DNA from: Spirochaetia bacterium
Lineage (GTDB): Bacteria; Spirochaetota; Spirochaetia; SZUA-6; Bin103
Assembly (NCBI GenBank): GCA_965198005.1
Contig: CBDAOI010000004.1
Location: 192,001-256,000 of the forward strand
DNA length: 64,000 nucleotides
Direction of reading: 5' to 3'
Below the pieces are notes generated by a model. It searched no databases and was not told the DNA's origin. It saw only the letters and a list, made by a program, of their open reading frames with translations. A program made the position numbers and the translations under genes. Of the stretch, positions 22,565 through 32,148 are shown piece by piece (the stretch's first letter is position 1; each line of letters opens with the position of its first letter).

Positions 22565-22779
22565 GACGCGCCTTCAGAGTAACGACGCGGCGGCCCGCCG
22601 GTCAAACAGTCCGCGCCCGCCGCGCCCGCCGTGTCCGCCAGCCATGCGAGTTCTCAATTGACACGGGGTGCGATCATCGGGGAGCATGGTACTTGCCATA
22701 AATGTGGGAACAATGCAGTTTGAGGATCTCACTGCGGGATTGACACCCGACGCCAAACAACTACCGGTGCGTATCAATG

Positions 22780-22853
22780 GATACCGCACGGTCTACGTGC
22801 GGTTCGTGGGGACCCACGCCGAGTATGACTCGGTAAACGTGGAGGAGGTGTGA
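22780..22853 (+). pseudogene. HigB toxin C-terminal remnant
   Basis: YRTVYVRFVGTHAEYD, typical HigB tail; no HigB N-terminus upstream. Confidence 0.7.
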
Positions 22854-22854
22854 G

Positions 22855-24075
22855 ATGGCCGAGGTCAAGCCGATCCGAACGGAGTCGGACTACGTAGCCG
22901 CGCTGGCCCGAGTCGACGAGCTGATGGATGCCGAGGTGGGAAGCCCGGAAGGGGAAGAGCTGGATGTTCTGGTCGACCTGGTCGAGCTGTATGAGAGCAA
23001 GCACGTGCCGATTGACTACCCCAGCCCCATCGCCGCGATCGAGTTCCGCATGGACCAGGCGGGTCTGGCGCCGCGCGATCTGGTCCCGTTCATCGGCAGC
23101 CGCGCCAAGGTGTCGGAAGTCCTGTCCGGCAAGCGCGCAATCACCATCCAAATGGCGCGTGCGCTCCATGAGCATCTGGGGATCTCCGCGGAGGTGCTGC
23201 TGCAGAGGCCGGGGTCAACTGCCGATCAGCGGCTGGACCAGATCCAGTGGAGCCGGTTCCCCCTCAAGGAGATGGCCAAGCGGAAGTGGATTCCGGACGT
23301 CCCTGACTTGGCGCAACGGGCGGAGGATCTGATCCGCGATCTGATCGACCGTGCCGGCGGTTGGCAGGTCGCCCGAGCCGCCTTGTACCGCAAGAACGAC
23401 CACCTGCGTACGAACGCCAAGACCGACCCTTATGCACTTGACGCTTGGTGCTGGCAGGTGCTGGCGACGGCCAACGGCAACCCGTCCGAGGCCGCGTACG
23501 CCCCCGGCACCGTCACGTTGGGGTTTCTCAGGCACGTAGCCCGGTTGAGTTGGCTGGAGGACGGCCCGCTTGTCGCCCAGCAGTTACTAGCGCAGCACGG
23601 GATCCCGTTGGTCATTGAGAGCCATCTGCCCCGTACCTGTCTCGACGGAGCCGCGCTCCGCCTCGGCGACGGCCGGCCGGTGGTCGCGCTCACCCTCCGC
23701 TACGACCGAATCGACAGTTTCTGGTTCTGCCTGCTCCACGAGCTGGCGCACGTAGGCCGCCACTTGGGCCAAGACACCGGAACCGCGTTCGTAGATGACC
23801 TTTCTCTCCGCAGACCGGAACGGGGATTGGAAGACGAGCGCGAAGCAGAAGCCGACGCATGGGCAGCCGAAGCGCTCATCCCCGGCGCGGAGTGGGAAAC
23901 CAGCCCGGTACGGACGAACCCGACCCCCTTGGGCGTCATGAGTCTCGCCCACCACCTGCAGGTGCACCCCGCCACGGTCGCGGGCCGGATCCGGTTCGAA
24001 CGCCAGGACTATCGCCTGCTCTCCCAATTCGTCGGCACCGGCAAGGTCCGCCAGCATTTCGGCCGAACCCGATGA
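22855..24075 (+). CDS. HigA-like HTH antitoxin fused to ImmA/IrrE metallopeptidase domain
   Basis: KPIRTESDY...VSEVLSGKRAIT (HigA/HTH); FWFCLLHELAH (HExxH); EAEADAWA. Confidence 0.88.
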   Translation: MAEVKPIRTESDYVAALARVDELMDAEVGSPEGEELDVLVDLVELYESKHVPIDYPSPIAAIEFRMDQAGLAPRDLVPFIGSRAKVSEVLSGKRAITIQMARALHEHLGISAEVLLQRPGSTADQRLDQIQWSRFPLKEMAKRKWIPDVPDLAQRAEDLIRDLIDRAGGWQVARAALYRKNDHLRTNAKTDPYALDAWCWQVLATANGNPSEAAYAPGTVTLGFLRHVARLSWLEDGPLVAQQLLAQHGIPLVIESHLPRTCLDGAALRLGDGRPVVALTLRYDRIDSFWFCLLHELAHVGRHLGQDTGTAFVDDLSLRRPERGLEDEREAEADAWAAEALIPGAEWETSPVRTNPTPLGVMSLAHHLQVHPATVAGRIRFERQDYRLLSQFVGTGKVRQHFGRTR

Positions 24076-24122
24076 ACCGCACGCGTGTCCGCTTCGAGCC
24101 ATGATCCCATCAATCTGAAGGC

Positions 24123-24239
24123 ATGAACCGTATGAAGGACAAACTAATCAAGCTATTCATGTGGGGTTATCAGCCACATTTTCGTCTCCACTATGAAATC
24201 TGTATGAACAATTCAAGAGGAGCCGATGGACGTTGGTGA
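24123..24239 (+). pseudogene. Short remnant resembling the N-terminus of sensor-domain diadenylate-cyclase proteins
   Basis: IKLFMWGYQPHFR motif recalled from that family; ORF ends after 38 aa. Confidence 0.4.
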
Positions 24240-24504
24240 GATTAGGAGAGAATGGAGAGTATTCTCTTCAGATCCCGGCCTCAACGACAGCTACTTTGAG
24301 AACGAGGCGACTGGCGATGACATCTCGTAGCATGTGGATGGCATAGCGCGCTCTCTGTCGCGATACGCTCGAAGGAGCCGAGTGCGTAGTCACAGTCAGC
24401 CTACTGATTTGCTGCTTGGTCCCGTAAGCTGCTTCATCTGTGCTGACTACTCGCAGATCAGGTTCTGCGTCGCGGCGGTAGCGCGGATGGTGCTATGAGG
24501 TGGC

Positions 24505-25569
24505 TTGGTGTACGGTCAGTGCCGCGCATCATGCTGTCACGACAAGCCCCGACGGCTATACTCCGTGGTCGTGCGCCACTCCTGTCCGCTCGATCCGTTT
24601 GTCCCCGAGTCGCTTCGCTGTCTGTCGGATCCGGCACGCGATCTTCCGCGCTTGGCGAAGAGCCGGTCGGCGGTTGCGGCGATCGAGGCTGCCGTGGTCG
24701 AGGTTCCCACGCGGCACCGGCTACTGCTCGGCGACGCCCGGCGCGCGTCTCTGCCCGCCGGGTCGGTCCAGCTCGTGGTCACCTCGCCGCCGTACTGGAT
24801 TCTCAAGGAGTACCGCCAGGCCGACGGCCAGTTGGGGTGGATCGAGGACTATGAGGAGTTTCTCAGTCAGCTCGACCAGGTGTGGCGCATGTGCTACACG
24901 GCACTGGTGCCGGGGGGACGGCTCGTATGCGTTGTCGGCGATGTTTGCCTTGCGCGGCGCAAGAACCGCGGCAAGCACACGGTCGTGCCGTTGCACGCTT
25001 CGATTCAGGAGCACTGCCGGGAGATTGGCTTCGACAACCTGGCGCCGATCATATGGAGCAAGATCGCCAACGCGGCCTACGAGGTAGAGCGCGGCACCGG
25101 TGGGTTCCTGGGCAAGCCCTATGAGCCCAACGCCGTAATCAAGAACGACGTCGAATTCATCCTGATGCAGCGGAAAGGAGGCGGCTACCGAAAGCCCGGC
25201 CTTGCTGCAAGGATACTCAGTCTGCTATCGGAGCCCTCCTTCAAGCGGTTCTTTCAACAGATCTGGACCGACATCCCGGGTGAGTCGACCCGCGACCACC
25301 CGGCCCCCTATCCGGTTGCCCTGGCGGACCGGCTGATCCGGATGTTCAGTTTCGTCGGGGATACGGTGCTCGATCCGTTCAACGGAACAGCGACCACTCA
25401 GGTCGCGGCTGCGGCGTGTGGCAGAAACAGCATCGGCATCGAGGTAGACCCCGTATACTTCGCAGATGGGCTCGACCGTCTACGCCGCGAAAGCGGCGGT
25501 CTTCTGAGCACGGCCCAAGTGTCCACCGGCGAGGTGGGCACCCGTAGCGGCCTCCCCGCCACGGCGTAA
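24505..25569 (+). CDS. DNA amino-methyltransferase, beta-class order (N4-C/N6-A)
   Basis: VTSPPY (motif IV) precedes HPAPYP and VLDPFNGTATT (motif I); start uncertain. Confidence 0.9.
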   Translation: MVYGQCRASCCHDKPRRLYSVVVRHSCPLDPFVPESLRCLSDPARDLPRLAKSRSAVAAIEAAVVEVPTRHRLLLGDARRASLPAGSVQLVVTSPPYWILKEYRQADGQLGWIEDYEEFLSQLDQVWRMCYTALVPGGRLVCVVGDVCLARRKNRGKHTVVPLHASIQEHCREIGFDNLAPIIWSKIANAAYEVERGTGGFLGKPYEPNAVIKNDVEFILMQRKGGGYRKPGLAARILSLLSEPSFKRFFQQIWTDIPGESTRDHPAPYPVALADRLIRMFSFVGDTVLDPFNGTATTQVAAAACGRNSIGIEVDPVYFADGLDRLRRESGGLLSTAQVSTGEVGTRSGLPATA

Positions 25570-25578
25570 GCCGGACGC

Positions 25579-25740
25579 ATGATCACTGCCCAGCAAGCAG
25601 TCGACCACCTGTACCGCGTCGCCGTCACGGAGAACAAGGCAACCTCGACGGCACGCCTCGACACGCTCGCCGAGTTCTGCGTGCAGGAACTGAGCCGGCG
25701 CGGCCTGATCGGAATCGAGCAGGAAGCTTCGATTCCAGAG
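25579..25740 (+). pseudogene. Probable restriction endonuclease 5' remnant
   Basis: Starts 9 nt after the MTase; ~53 protein-like codons (TSTARLDTLAEFCVQELSRRGL...EASIP), then unrelated sequence. Confidence 0.5.
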
Positions 25741-25849
25741 TCATCCCAGCCGGCGTCGAAGCCGTTCGTAGACATCTCCGCGGCGTGCGGCTCTACCGGA
25801 ATGCGGAGCGGTGGCGGAGGGTGGGGAGCAGGGCCTGCAGGTAGCAGGC

Positions 25850-26378
25850 CCACTGCGGGGTGGTCGGCCAGGACTCGCCGTACCGCGGCGTCGATGGCGG
25901 CGCGCAGGGGTGGGGGGGCGGTGGCGGGTATCTCGTGGCGGTCGAGCACCTGTGGGGCGGCGTGCGGGGTGATGAGGATGTCCACCCACAGGTCGCGCCA
26001 GTCGAAGCGATGGGCGGTGAGCGCCACCCGGTCGCAGACGTTGAAGTAGAGGGCGCGCGGCGCGGCGAGGTCGGGCGCCATCCAGGCGTACAGGTTGTAG
26101 GGGCGGTCTTCCCAGAACAGGCCGAAGGTCACCGTGCCGCGCGGCAGGTACAGGCCGCCGACATCGTAGGCGCGGTCGCTGACGAAGTGCAGCACGCCGT
26201 GGCGCGGGCGGAGCAGCAGCACGCGGGCGCGGAAGCGGTTGCGGCGCCCGTCGGGGTAGCGCTTCTCCTCGAGGCACAGGCGCGGGTAGCGGCGCACGGC
26301 GCGGCGCGGCGCGGCGGCAGCGGCGCGGCCGGCGCCGTACGCTTCCCCGCGTGGGGCGGCGCCGCCGATGCCGGTCAC
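25850..26378 (-). CDS. DUF402-family protein, 3' end apparently lost at the islet junction
   Basis: FWEDRPYNLYAW...LYFNVCD...WRDLWVDIL...VLDRHE. Confidence 0.65.
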
Positions 26379-26833
26379 GGGCGCCACCGGTAGGCGGCGA
26401 GGTCGACGTGGCCGGCGCCGTCCACGGCCACCCCTTCGGCCCGCAGCAACGCGCGCTGGCGCTCCAGCCCGTTGCCCTGCGGCAGGCGAATGACGCCGCC
26501 CGCGCCGAGCACCCGATGCCACGGCAGACCGCGTCCGGCGTAGACCCGCAACGCCCAGGCCACCTGCCGCGCGGCGCGCGCGTTCCCCGCCTGCGCCGCC
26601 ACCTGGCCGTAGGTCGCAACCCGGCCGTGCGGGATCGCCGCCACCACGCGGGCGATGCGCGGCAGCAGACCTTCGCCGGGTACCGGTGCCGCCGGGTCGG
26701 CTCGTGCAGTTGCCAGCGCCTCCAGCGCCTCCAGCGCCGCCGGTGCCGCCGGGGACAAGAGTTGCGCTACTTCGTCCTCCGCCGCAGACCGCCGGACAGC
26801 GCCGCGCCGGGAGCGAAGCGTCGGTACGCTCAC
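26375..26833 (-). CDS. Alkyltransferase-like (MGMT/ATL) protein
   Basis: IPHGRVATYGQVA and PWHRV (Trp in place of the catalytic Cys). Confidence 0.85.
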   Translation of the reverse strand: MSVPTLRSRRGAVRRSAAEDEVAQLLSPAAPAALEALEALATARADPAAPVPGEGLLPRIARVVAAIPHGRVATYGQVAAQAGNARAARQVAWALRVYAGRGLPWHRVLGAGGVIRLPQGNGLERQRALLRAEGVAVDGAGHVDLAAYRWRP

Positions 26834-27900
26834 CAGCGCAGGGCGCCGTGGAACGCCACCGTGCCGGGCCGGCCGCGCTCGGCCGCCACGATCCGGCCCA
26901 CCGGGTAGCAGGCCACGCCAGCGGCGCCAGCCGCCGACCGCACTGCGTCCTCGGCGCCCGGCGCCACCACCGCCACCATCCCCACGCCGACGTTGAACAC
27001 GCGCAGCATCTCGGCGTCGGCCACGGCGCCGGCGGCGCGCAACACCGAGAAAATCTCCGGCATCTCGACGCGGGACCGATCGAGCTCCGCGCGCACCCCG
27101 GCGGGCAGCACCCGCCGCAGGTTGTCGCCGATGCCGCCGCCGGTGACGTGGGCCAGCCCGTGCAGCTCGGCGCGGCGTAGGCAGGGGCGCAGGGCGGTCA
27201 GGTAGCAGCGGTGCGGTTGCAGGAGCTGCTGCAGCACCGTCGTTGCCCCCAACCGGCGCCCGCCCAGGGCGGGGTCGTTCTGCAGCAACTGCCGCACCAG
27301 CGAGAACCCGTTGGTGTGGACGCCGTTCGAGGCCAGCGCCAGCACCGTGTCGCCGGCGGCGATCCTGCTGCCGTCGATCACCGCCGCCCGCTCCACCACC
27401 CCGACCACGCTCGCCACCAGGACGTAGGTGCCGCGTTCCAGCACGCCCGGCTGCTCGGAGGTTTCGCCGCCGGTGAGGCTGCACCCCTGGGCGCGGCACG
27501 CCGCCGCCAGCGCCGCCACCAGCGCGGTCACCACCTCCCGCTCCAGGTGGCCGCAGATCACGGCGTCCTGCACCGCCAGCGGCAGCGCCCCCATCACCAC
27601 GATGTCGTTGATCAGGTGGTGTACCAGATCGAAGCAGATCGAGCGCACGGCCCCGTGCGCCAGCGCCAGCTTCTGCTTGCTGCCCGGTTCCTCGGTCTTG
27701 AACACCAGCACCGGGTGGTCGTAGTCCGGGAAGGCGGCGTCGATCAGGGTGGCGAACGGCCCGACTCCGCTGAGGATGCGGGGGTCGCGCGGCGCCAGCA
27801 GGGCCGCCATCTCCCGCTTGGCGGCGTCCGCCGTGTCGATGTCCACCCCGGCGGCGGCATAGGTCGAGCTGCTGCCCGCGCGCACTGGGTTGCGTGCCAT
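26830..27900 (-). CDS. purM: Phosphoribosylformylglycinamidine cyclo-ligase
   Basis: YAAAGVDI, GGETSEQPG, SNGVHTNGFSL, AHVTGGG, VFNVGVG. Confidence 0.93.
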   Translation of the reverse strand: MARNPVRAGSSSTYAAAGVDIDTADAAKREMAALLAPRDPRILSGVGPFATLIDAAFPDYDHPVLVFKTEEPGSKQKLALAHGAVRSICFDLVHHLINDIVVMGALPLAVQDAVICGHLEREVVTALVAALAAACRAQGCSLTGGETSEQPGVLERGTYVLVASVVGVVERAAVIDGSRIAAGDTVLALASNGVHTNGFSLVRQLLQNDPALGGRRLGATTVLQQLLQPHRCYLTALRPCLRRAELHGLAHVTGGGIGDNLRRVLPAGVRAELDRSRVEMPEIFSVLRAAGAVADAEMLRVFNVGVGMVAVVAPGAEDAVRSAAGAAGVACYPVGRIVAAERGRPGTVAFHGALRW

Positions 27901-27905
27901 CGGCG

Positions 27906-28793
27906 TCAGCGGTCGGGTTGGTCCTTGATGCGCACCATGATGCGCCGGTGCGTAGTGTCGCGCCGCACGTCGAACGCATCGCCGCGGGCCGCGATCAGCC
28001 TGGACAGCTTCGACGCTCCGAAGCTGCGCGGGTCGAAGGCGGGGTCGAGCTTGGTCAAGTTGTTGGCGATCTTGCGCAGGTCGACCCACGCCGACTCCTG
28101 GTCCACCATCTCGTGCGCCTCGATGATGGTCGCGATCAGGTCCTGATCGTCCACCGCCGCGGGATCGACGCTTAAGCCGTCACTTGCGGTGCCGGCTCCG
28201 GTGCCGGCTCCGGTGCCGGAGCCATCGCCGGCCCCCGCTCCATCGCCGGCTCCCGCTCCATCGCCGGCGGTGCCAGCTCCATCGCCAGTCTCGCCGGGAC
28301 CCTCGCGCCGCCGCGTGCGCCGCCGGCGGCTGTCCCCCTGGTAGGTCTTCATGATGTTCTCGACGTAGCGAAACTCGTTGCAGGCATTGACGAACGGCTT
28401 GGGGGTGTGATTCTTGCCGATGCCGATAACCTCCATCCCCGCCTCGCGCAGGCGGATCGCCAGCTTGGTGTAGTCGCTGTCGCTGGACACGATCACGAAT
28501 CCTCCGACGTGATCGCTGTAGAGGATGTCCATGGCGTCGATGATCATGGCCGAGTCGGTCGCGTTCTTGCCGACCGTGTTGCGGAATTGCTGGACCGGCT
28601 GGATCGCGTGGACCGGCAGTTTCCTTTTCCATGATTCGAGCTGGTTCGTGGTCCAGTCGCCGTAGATCCGGCGGATGGTCACGACGCCGAACTTCACGAC
28701 TTCCTTCATGACGAATTCGATTTGCGTTGCCTGCGCGTTGTCGCCGTCGATCAGGACGGCAAGGCGGCGCTCGGCGCCGGTACTGGTGTTCAT
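27906..28793 (-). CDS. NYN (LabA/DUF88) domain protein with C-terminal OST-HTH
   Basis: LIDGDN, GKNATDSAMIIDAMD, SSDSDY, FDPRSFG; Gly/Ala/Asp repeat linker. Confidence 0.88.
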   Translation of the reverse strand: MNTSTGAERRLAVLIDGDNAQATQIEFVMKEVVKFGVVTIRRIYGDWTTNQLESWKRKLPVHAIQPVQQFRNTVGKNATDSAMIIDAMDILYSDHVGGFVIVSSDSDYTKLAIRLREAGMEVIGIGKNHTPKPFVNACNEFRYVENIMKTYQGDSRRRRTRRREGPGETGDGAGTAGDGAGAGDGAGAGDGSGTGAGTGAGTASDGLSVDPAAVDDQDLIATIIEAHEMVDQESAWVDLRKIANNLTKLDPAFDPRSFGASKLSRLIAARGDAFDVRRDTTHRRIMVRIKDQPDR

Positions 28794-28872
28794 AAGTTGT
28801 CCCCTCTCGGTAAGTGTACCCGGCGGCCGGGTGGCCGTGCACCGCGGCCGCTGCCGGGCGGCAGGGTTGTAT

Positions 28873-29649
28873 TCAGCCCTGGTCGGTCGCACCGCCCGGC
28901 CCGTCGCCGTGGCGGTTGATGATCTCGATCTGCACGGCTCCCGAAGCGCGTGCAATATACTTCGCGAATGCCGCCACCCGATAGCCGCGGTCGAGCAGCC
29001 GCCAGAGCCGGCGCACCGCCGCCGCGGGGGTGTCCGGCAGCGGCAGCAGGAACGGCTCACCGGTGAACGGCGGCAACGGCGTGCCGTCGCCATCATAGGT
29101 GGTGATGCAGTGGCCCCACCCCGGCCGCGCTCGGCGGTACGCGTAGTGCTGGAAGCTCACCTGCCGCGGGTCGTTGGCGGCCGTCTTGATGATCGCCAGC
29201 TCGTACCCGCCGCCGCCCGGCACCGTCACCATCCCGGCGATGCGCGGCGTATAGTGCGGGGGGTCGGGCTCCACGTCCCGGCGCGCGAAGGCCGCCGTGA
29301 ACGAAGTGCCGCGCGCCAGCCCGTCGGCGATGGTGGCGGTCTGGTCACCGTTGCCGACCACGTGCGCCGGCCCCACTACTACGGTCGCATCATACAGGAT
29401 GAGACGGGGGTCGATCTCCCCCGCGGGTGACGAAGGCGCTGCCGGCACCGCCGCCGGGTCCGCGACCACGACCCGGACCGAGCCGTCCTCCCGCAGCGCA
29501 AAGCGCCGTTGCTGACTGCCCGCGCTGCGGCCCATGATCCAGTAGAGCTGGACGCTGGATGCACCGTCGGCACTGCAGCCGATTACCAGCCCGCGGCCGG
29601 GGTACGCGGTATCCGCCAGCCAGCTCTGATCCTTCACGCCCGCCAGCAT
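28873..29649 (-). CDS. Stand-alone IMP cyclohydrolase (PurO-like, Ntn fold)
   Basis: YPGRGLVIG, YWIMGRS, VGNGDQT, EPDPPHYTPRI; adjacent to purM. Confidence 0.8.
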   Translation of the reverse strand: MLAGVKDQSWLADTAYPGRGLVIGCSADGASSVQLYWIMGRSAGSQQRRFALREDGSVRVVVADPAAVPAAPSSPAGEIDPRLILYDATVVVGPAHVVGNGDQTATIADGLARGTSFTAAFARRDVEPDPPHYTPRIAGMVTVPGGGGYELAIIKTAANDPRQVSFQHYAYRRARPGWGHCITTYDGDGTPLPPFTGEPFLLPLPDTPAAAVRRLWRLLDRGYRVAAFAKYIARASGAVQIEIINRHGDGPGGATDQG

Positions 29650-29708
29650 AGCACACGGCCCGGCCGCCGGCATCCGGCCGCCCCGCCGCCCCGCCGCCGT
29701 GGGCAGCC

Positions 29709-31337
29709 GTGGGCAGCCGTGGAACCGCCGAGCTTTACAGCGGATTCGCCGCCGGTTTACCGTCGCGCCGTGATCTCGTCCGCCAACCGACCGCGGCACG
29801 CGCCGCAGCAGCCGCCAGCGGCAACGCCGGCAGCGCGGCCCGTTCCGGCGTGAGCTCGAACTCGGCCGCACCGGCCTCCGCGCCCGTGCCCGCGCTGCCG
29901 CCCGTGCCCGCGCCGCCGACCGCCGACCGTGCGTACGCCGCCGCGGTCCGGCGCCTGCTCGGCCTGACCGACTTCAACGCCGCTGGCAGCGCCGCTCAGG
30001 CCGAGCGCCAGCGGTACCGGAAGCAGCGTATGCAGGCACTGCTGGAGCGCCTCGGCAACCCCCATCTTGCGGTCCCTGCGATCCACCTCGCGGGCACCAA
30101 CGGCAAGGGCTCGACCGCGGCCATGATCGCCTCGATTCTCAGCCATGCCGGACTCCGCGCGGGGTTGTTTACCTCGCCGCACCTGCACTCCTTCGTCGAA
30201 CGCATCCGCCTCGGGCTGCGACCGATCAGCCGGGGCGACTTCGCCACCCTGTTGGCGCAGGTGTGGCCCCAGGCGCAGGCGCTGGCACGCAGTTCGCACC
30301 TGCCGGGGGCGGCCGGCGCGGTCACCACGCTCGAGCTGCTCACCGCGATGGCATTCCAGTACTTCCGCGCGGCGGGCGCCCACTACCAGGTGATCGAGGT
30401 GTTCGTCGGCGGGCGCGACGACACCACCAACGTGGTACACCCCGCGCTGGCGGTGATCACCAACATCAGCCGCGACCACCTCCCGGTCCTGGGCAGGACG
30501 CTGCTGGACGTGGCGCGGGCCAAGGCCGGAATCATCAAACGCGGCGTGCCGGTGGTAGTCGCCCCGCAACGGCCGCTCGTGCGCAGGTGTCTGGCCGCCA
30601 CCGCGCGGGAGCAGGCGGCGCCGCTGATCGAGGTGCCGCGCCGTCCGCAGGCGGCGCTCCCGGCGAGCGACCCGATCATGCACCCTTGCCAGGACCTGAG
30701 TTGGCACGGCCGCCGCGGCCACTACCGCGTGGCGCTCCCGCTGCGCGGCCGCGTGCAGCGGGAAAACGCCGCGCTGGCGATAACCGCAGCCGAGTGCCTC
30801 ATGGACCACCCCGGCGGCGGCGGCATTACCCGTGCCGCGGTCCACGCCGGACTGGCAAACGTCTCCTGGCCCGCGAGATTCGAACTGCTGCAGCGCGCGC
30901 CGGTCACCGTAATTGCCGACGGCGCGCACTGCCCGCGCGCCATGCGCTGTCTGGTCAGCGACCTCAAGCGGCTGCAACCTGAACGGAGAATCGTCGCCCT
31001 GGTCGGCGCGCAACGCGGGCACGACGTAGTGCCCACGCTCCGCCTGCTGCACCCGCTGGTGAGCCGGATGATCGTGACACGGTCGCATCACCCGCGCGCC
31101 GTGCCGGCAACCGAGCTGGCTGCGGCGTTGCACACGGGAGGCGTGACGGCTCAGGCCACAACGCTGCCGACGGCCGCCGCCCTGCGCCGGCTGCTTGGGG
31201 ATATGTCTGCCGGGGACCTGGTGCTGGCCACCGGTTCATTGTCCGTGGCGGCCGAAGCGCGCGAGGCGCTGCAGCCCGAGATCGAAGCCGACTGGCGCTT
31301 GCCCGCCGCGGGCGGGCGGAACGCGCCGGTCAGGTGA
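29709..31337 (+). CDS. folC: Folylpolyglutamate/dihydrofolate synthase
   Basis: HLAGTNGKGST, FTSPHL, GGRDDTTNV, WPARFE, DGAH, TGSL; true start probably downstream of 29709. Confidence 0.9.
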   Translation: MGSRGTAELYSGFAAGLPSRRDLVRQPTAARAAAAASGNAGSAARSGVSSNSAAPASAPVPALPPVPAPPTADRAYAAAVRRLLGLTDFNAAGSAAQAERQRYRKQRMQALLERLGNPHLAVPAIHLAGTNGKGSTAAMIASILSHAGLRAGLFTSPHLHSFVERIRLGLRPISRGDFATLLAQVWPQAQALARSSHLPGAAGAVTTLELLTAMAFQYFRAAGAHYQVIEVFVGGRDDTTNVVHPALAVITNISRDHLPVLGRTLLDVARAKAGIIKRGVPVVVAPQRPLVRRCLAATAREQAAPLIEVPRRPQAALPASDPIMHPCQDLSWHGRRGHYRVALPLRGRVQRENAALAITAAECLMDHPGGGGITRAAVHAGLANVSWPARFELLQRAPVTVIADGAHCPRAMRCLVSDLKRLQPERRIVALVGAQRGHDVVPTLRLLHPLVSRMIVTRSHHPRAVPATELAAALHTGGVTAQATTLPTAAALRRLLGDMSAGDLVLATGSLSVAAEAREALQPEIEADWRLPAAGGRNAPVR

Positions 31338-31512
31338 TGTCAGTGTCTCGTACGGTCTTCCGCTTGGCCTCGCGGGCGTTCTCCATCGCCTCGTCACACA
31401 CCGCGCGTACCTTGTCGGATAGTGCCTCCGCGACCGAGGCAGCAGTATTCATTCCACCCGCAGTCTTGATGTAGTCCTTGACTTTAGATGTAACGATCAG
31501 AATGTCTGCCAT
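31330..31512 (-). CDS. Bacterial histone-fold protein (Bd0055/HBb-like)
   Basis: 60 aa; ILIVTSKVKDYIK...MNTA...EALSDKV...AKRKTVRDTDI; strong RBS AAGGAG. Confidence 0.88.
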   Translation of the reverse strand: MADILIVTSKVKDYIKTAGGMNTAASVAEALSDKVRAVCDEAMENAREAKRKTVRDTDIT

Positions 31513-31690
31513 GCTAGCTCCTTTTGGAAGATTGGCCTTACTGTATCAAGAACCGCCAATCGCGTCAGTCCTCGCGTGCAGACTCAGCAATTCCTGATGG
31601 CCGAACCGGAGAGAAACTCCGTAACTTGTTTGATAACATATTGTTATGAAGCTCCTGATTCAAGCGCCGCCCGCCGATTATCCGGTCGCG

Positions 31691-32098
31691 ACCATGGCGG
31701 CCGCGCGGCGGAGGCGCTCGCGGGCGCCCTGCGGCAGCAGGGCGAGTTGCGACACCTTGGCGCCGGCGAACAGCATCGCCCGCGGGCCGCGGCGCGGGGT
31801 GACCGTAGCGGCCATTGATCAGCAAGCCGCAGCTGCCGCAGATCCGCAGGTCCCTTATGGCAGTCGTGCGCCTGGAGCGCGCCGCAGCTACACGTGATGG
31901 GAGCGGCAGGATGGCGGCGCGGAAGGGGCGTGATCGGAATCGGCGGGCGCGAGCGAGCTCCCCGCCGGGTAACTGCCGATGTGGGGGGCAGCACGAAGTA
32001 GCCGTCCGCCAGCCCCGACATCAGGGCGCTGGGCCGAGCGGGTTGGCGCCGTGGTCGGAAGAGTTGGCCTCGCCGAGCACCAACAGCCCAGGCACCGA
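31691..32098 (-). pseudogene. Condensed, partly inverted, diverged copy of sdhB/sdhA segments
   Basis: 31691-31778 matches ~35398-35485; ~31781-31804 is inverted ~35760-35783; ~31808-31845 matches ~35787-35824; ~31913-32098 matches ~36512-36699. Confidence 0.88.
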
Positions 32099-32148
32099 CT
32101 GTCAGGTGTTTGCGTGAACCACCATAGTCTCATACCGTGTGCCAGCCG

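Noticed and set aside
29698-29722. 10-nt tandem repeat CGTGGGCAGC x2.5
   Set aside because: Too short; ordinary slippage in GC-rich DNA
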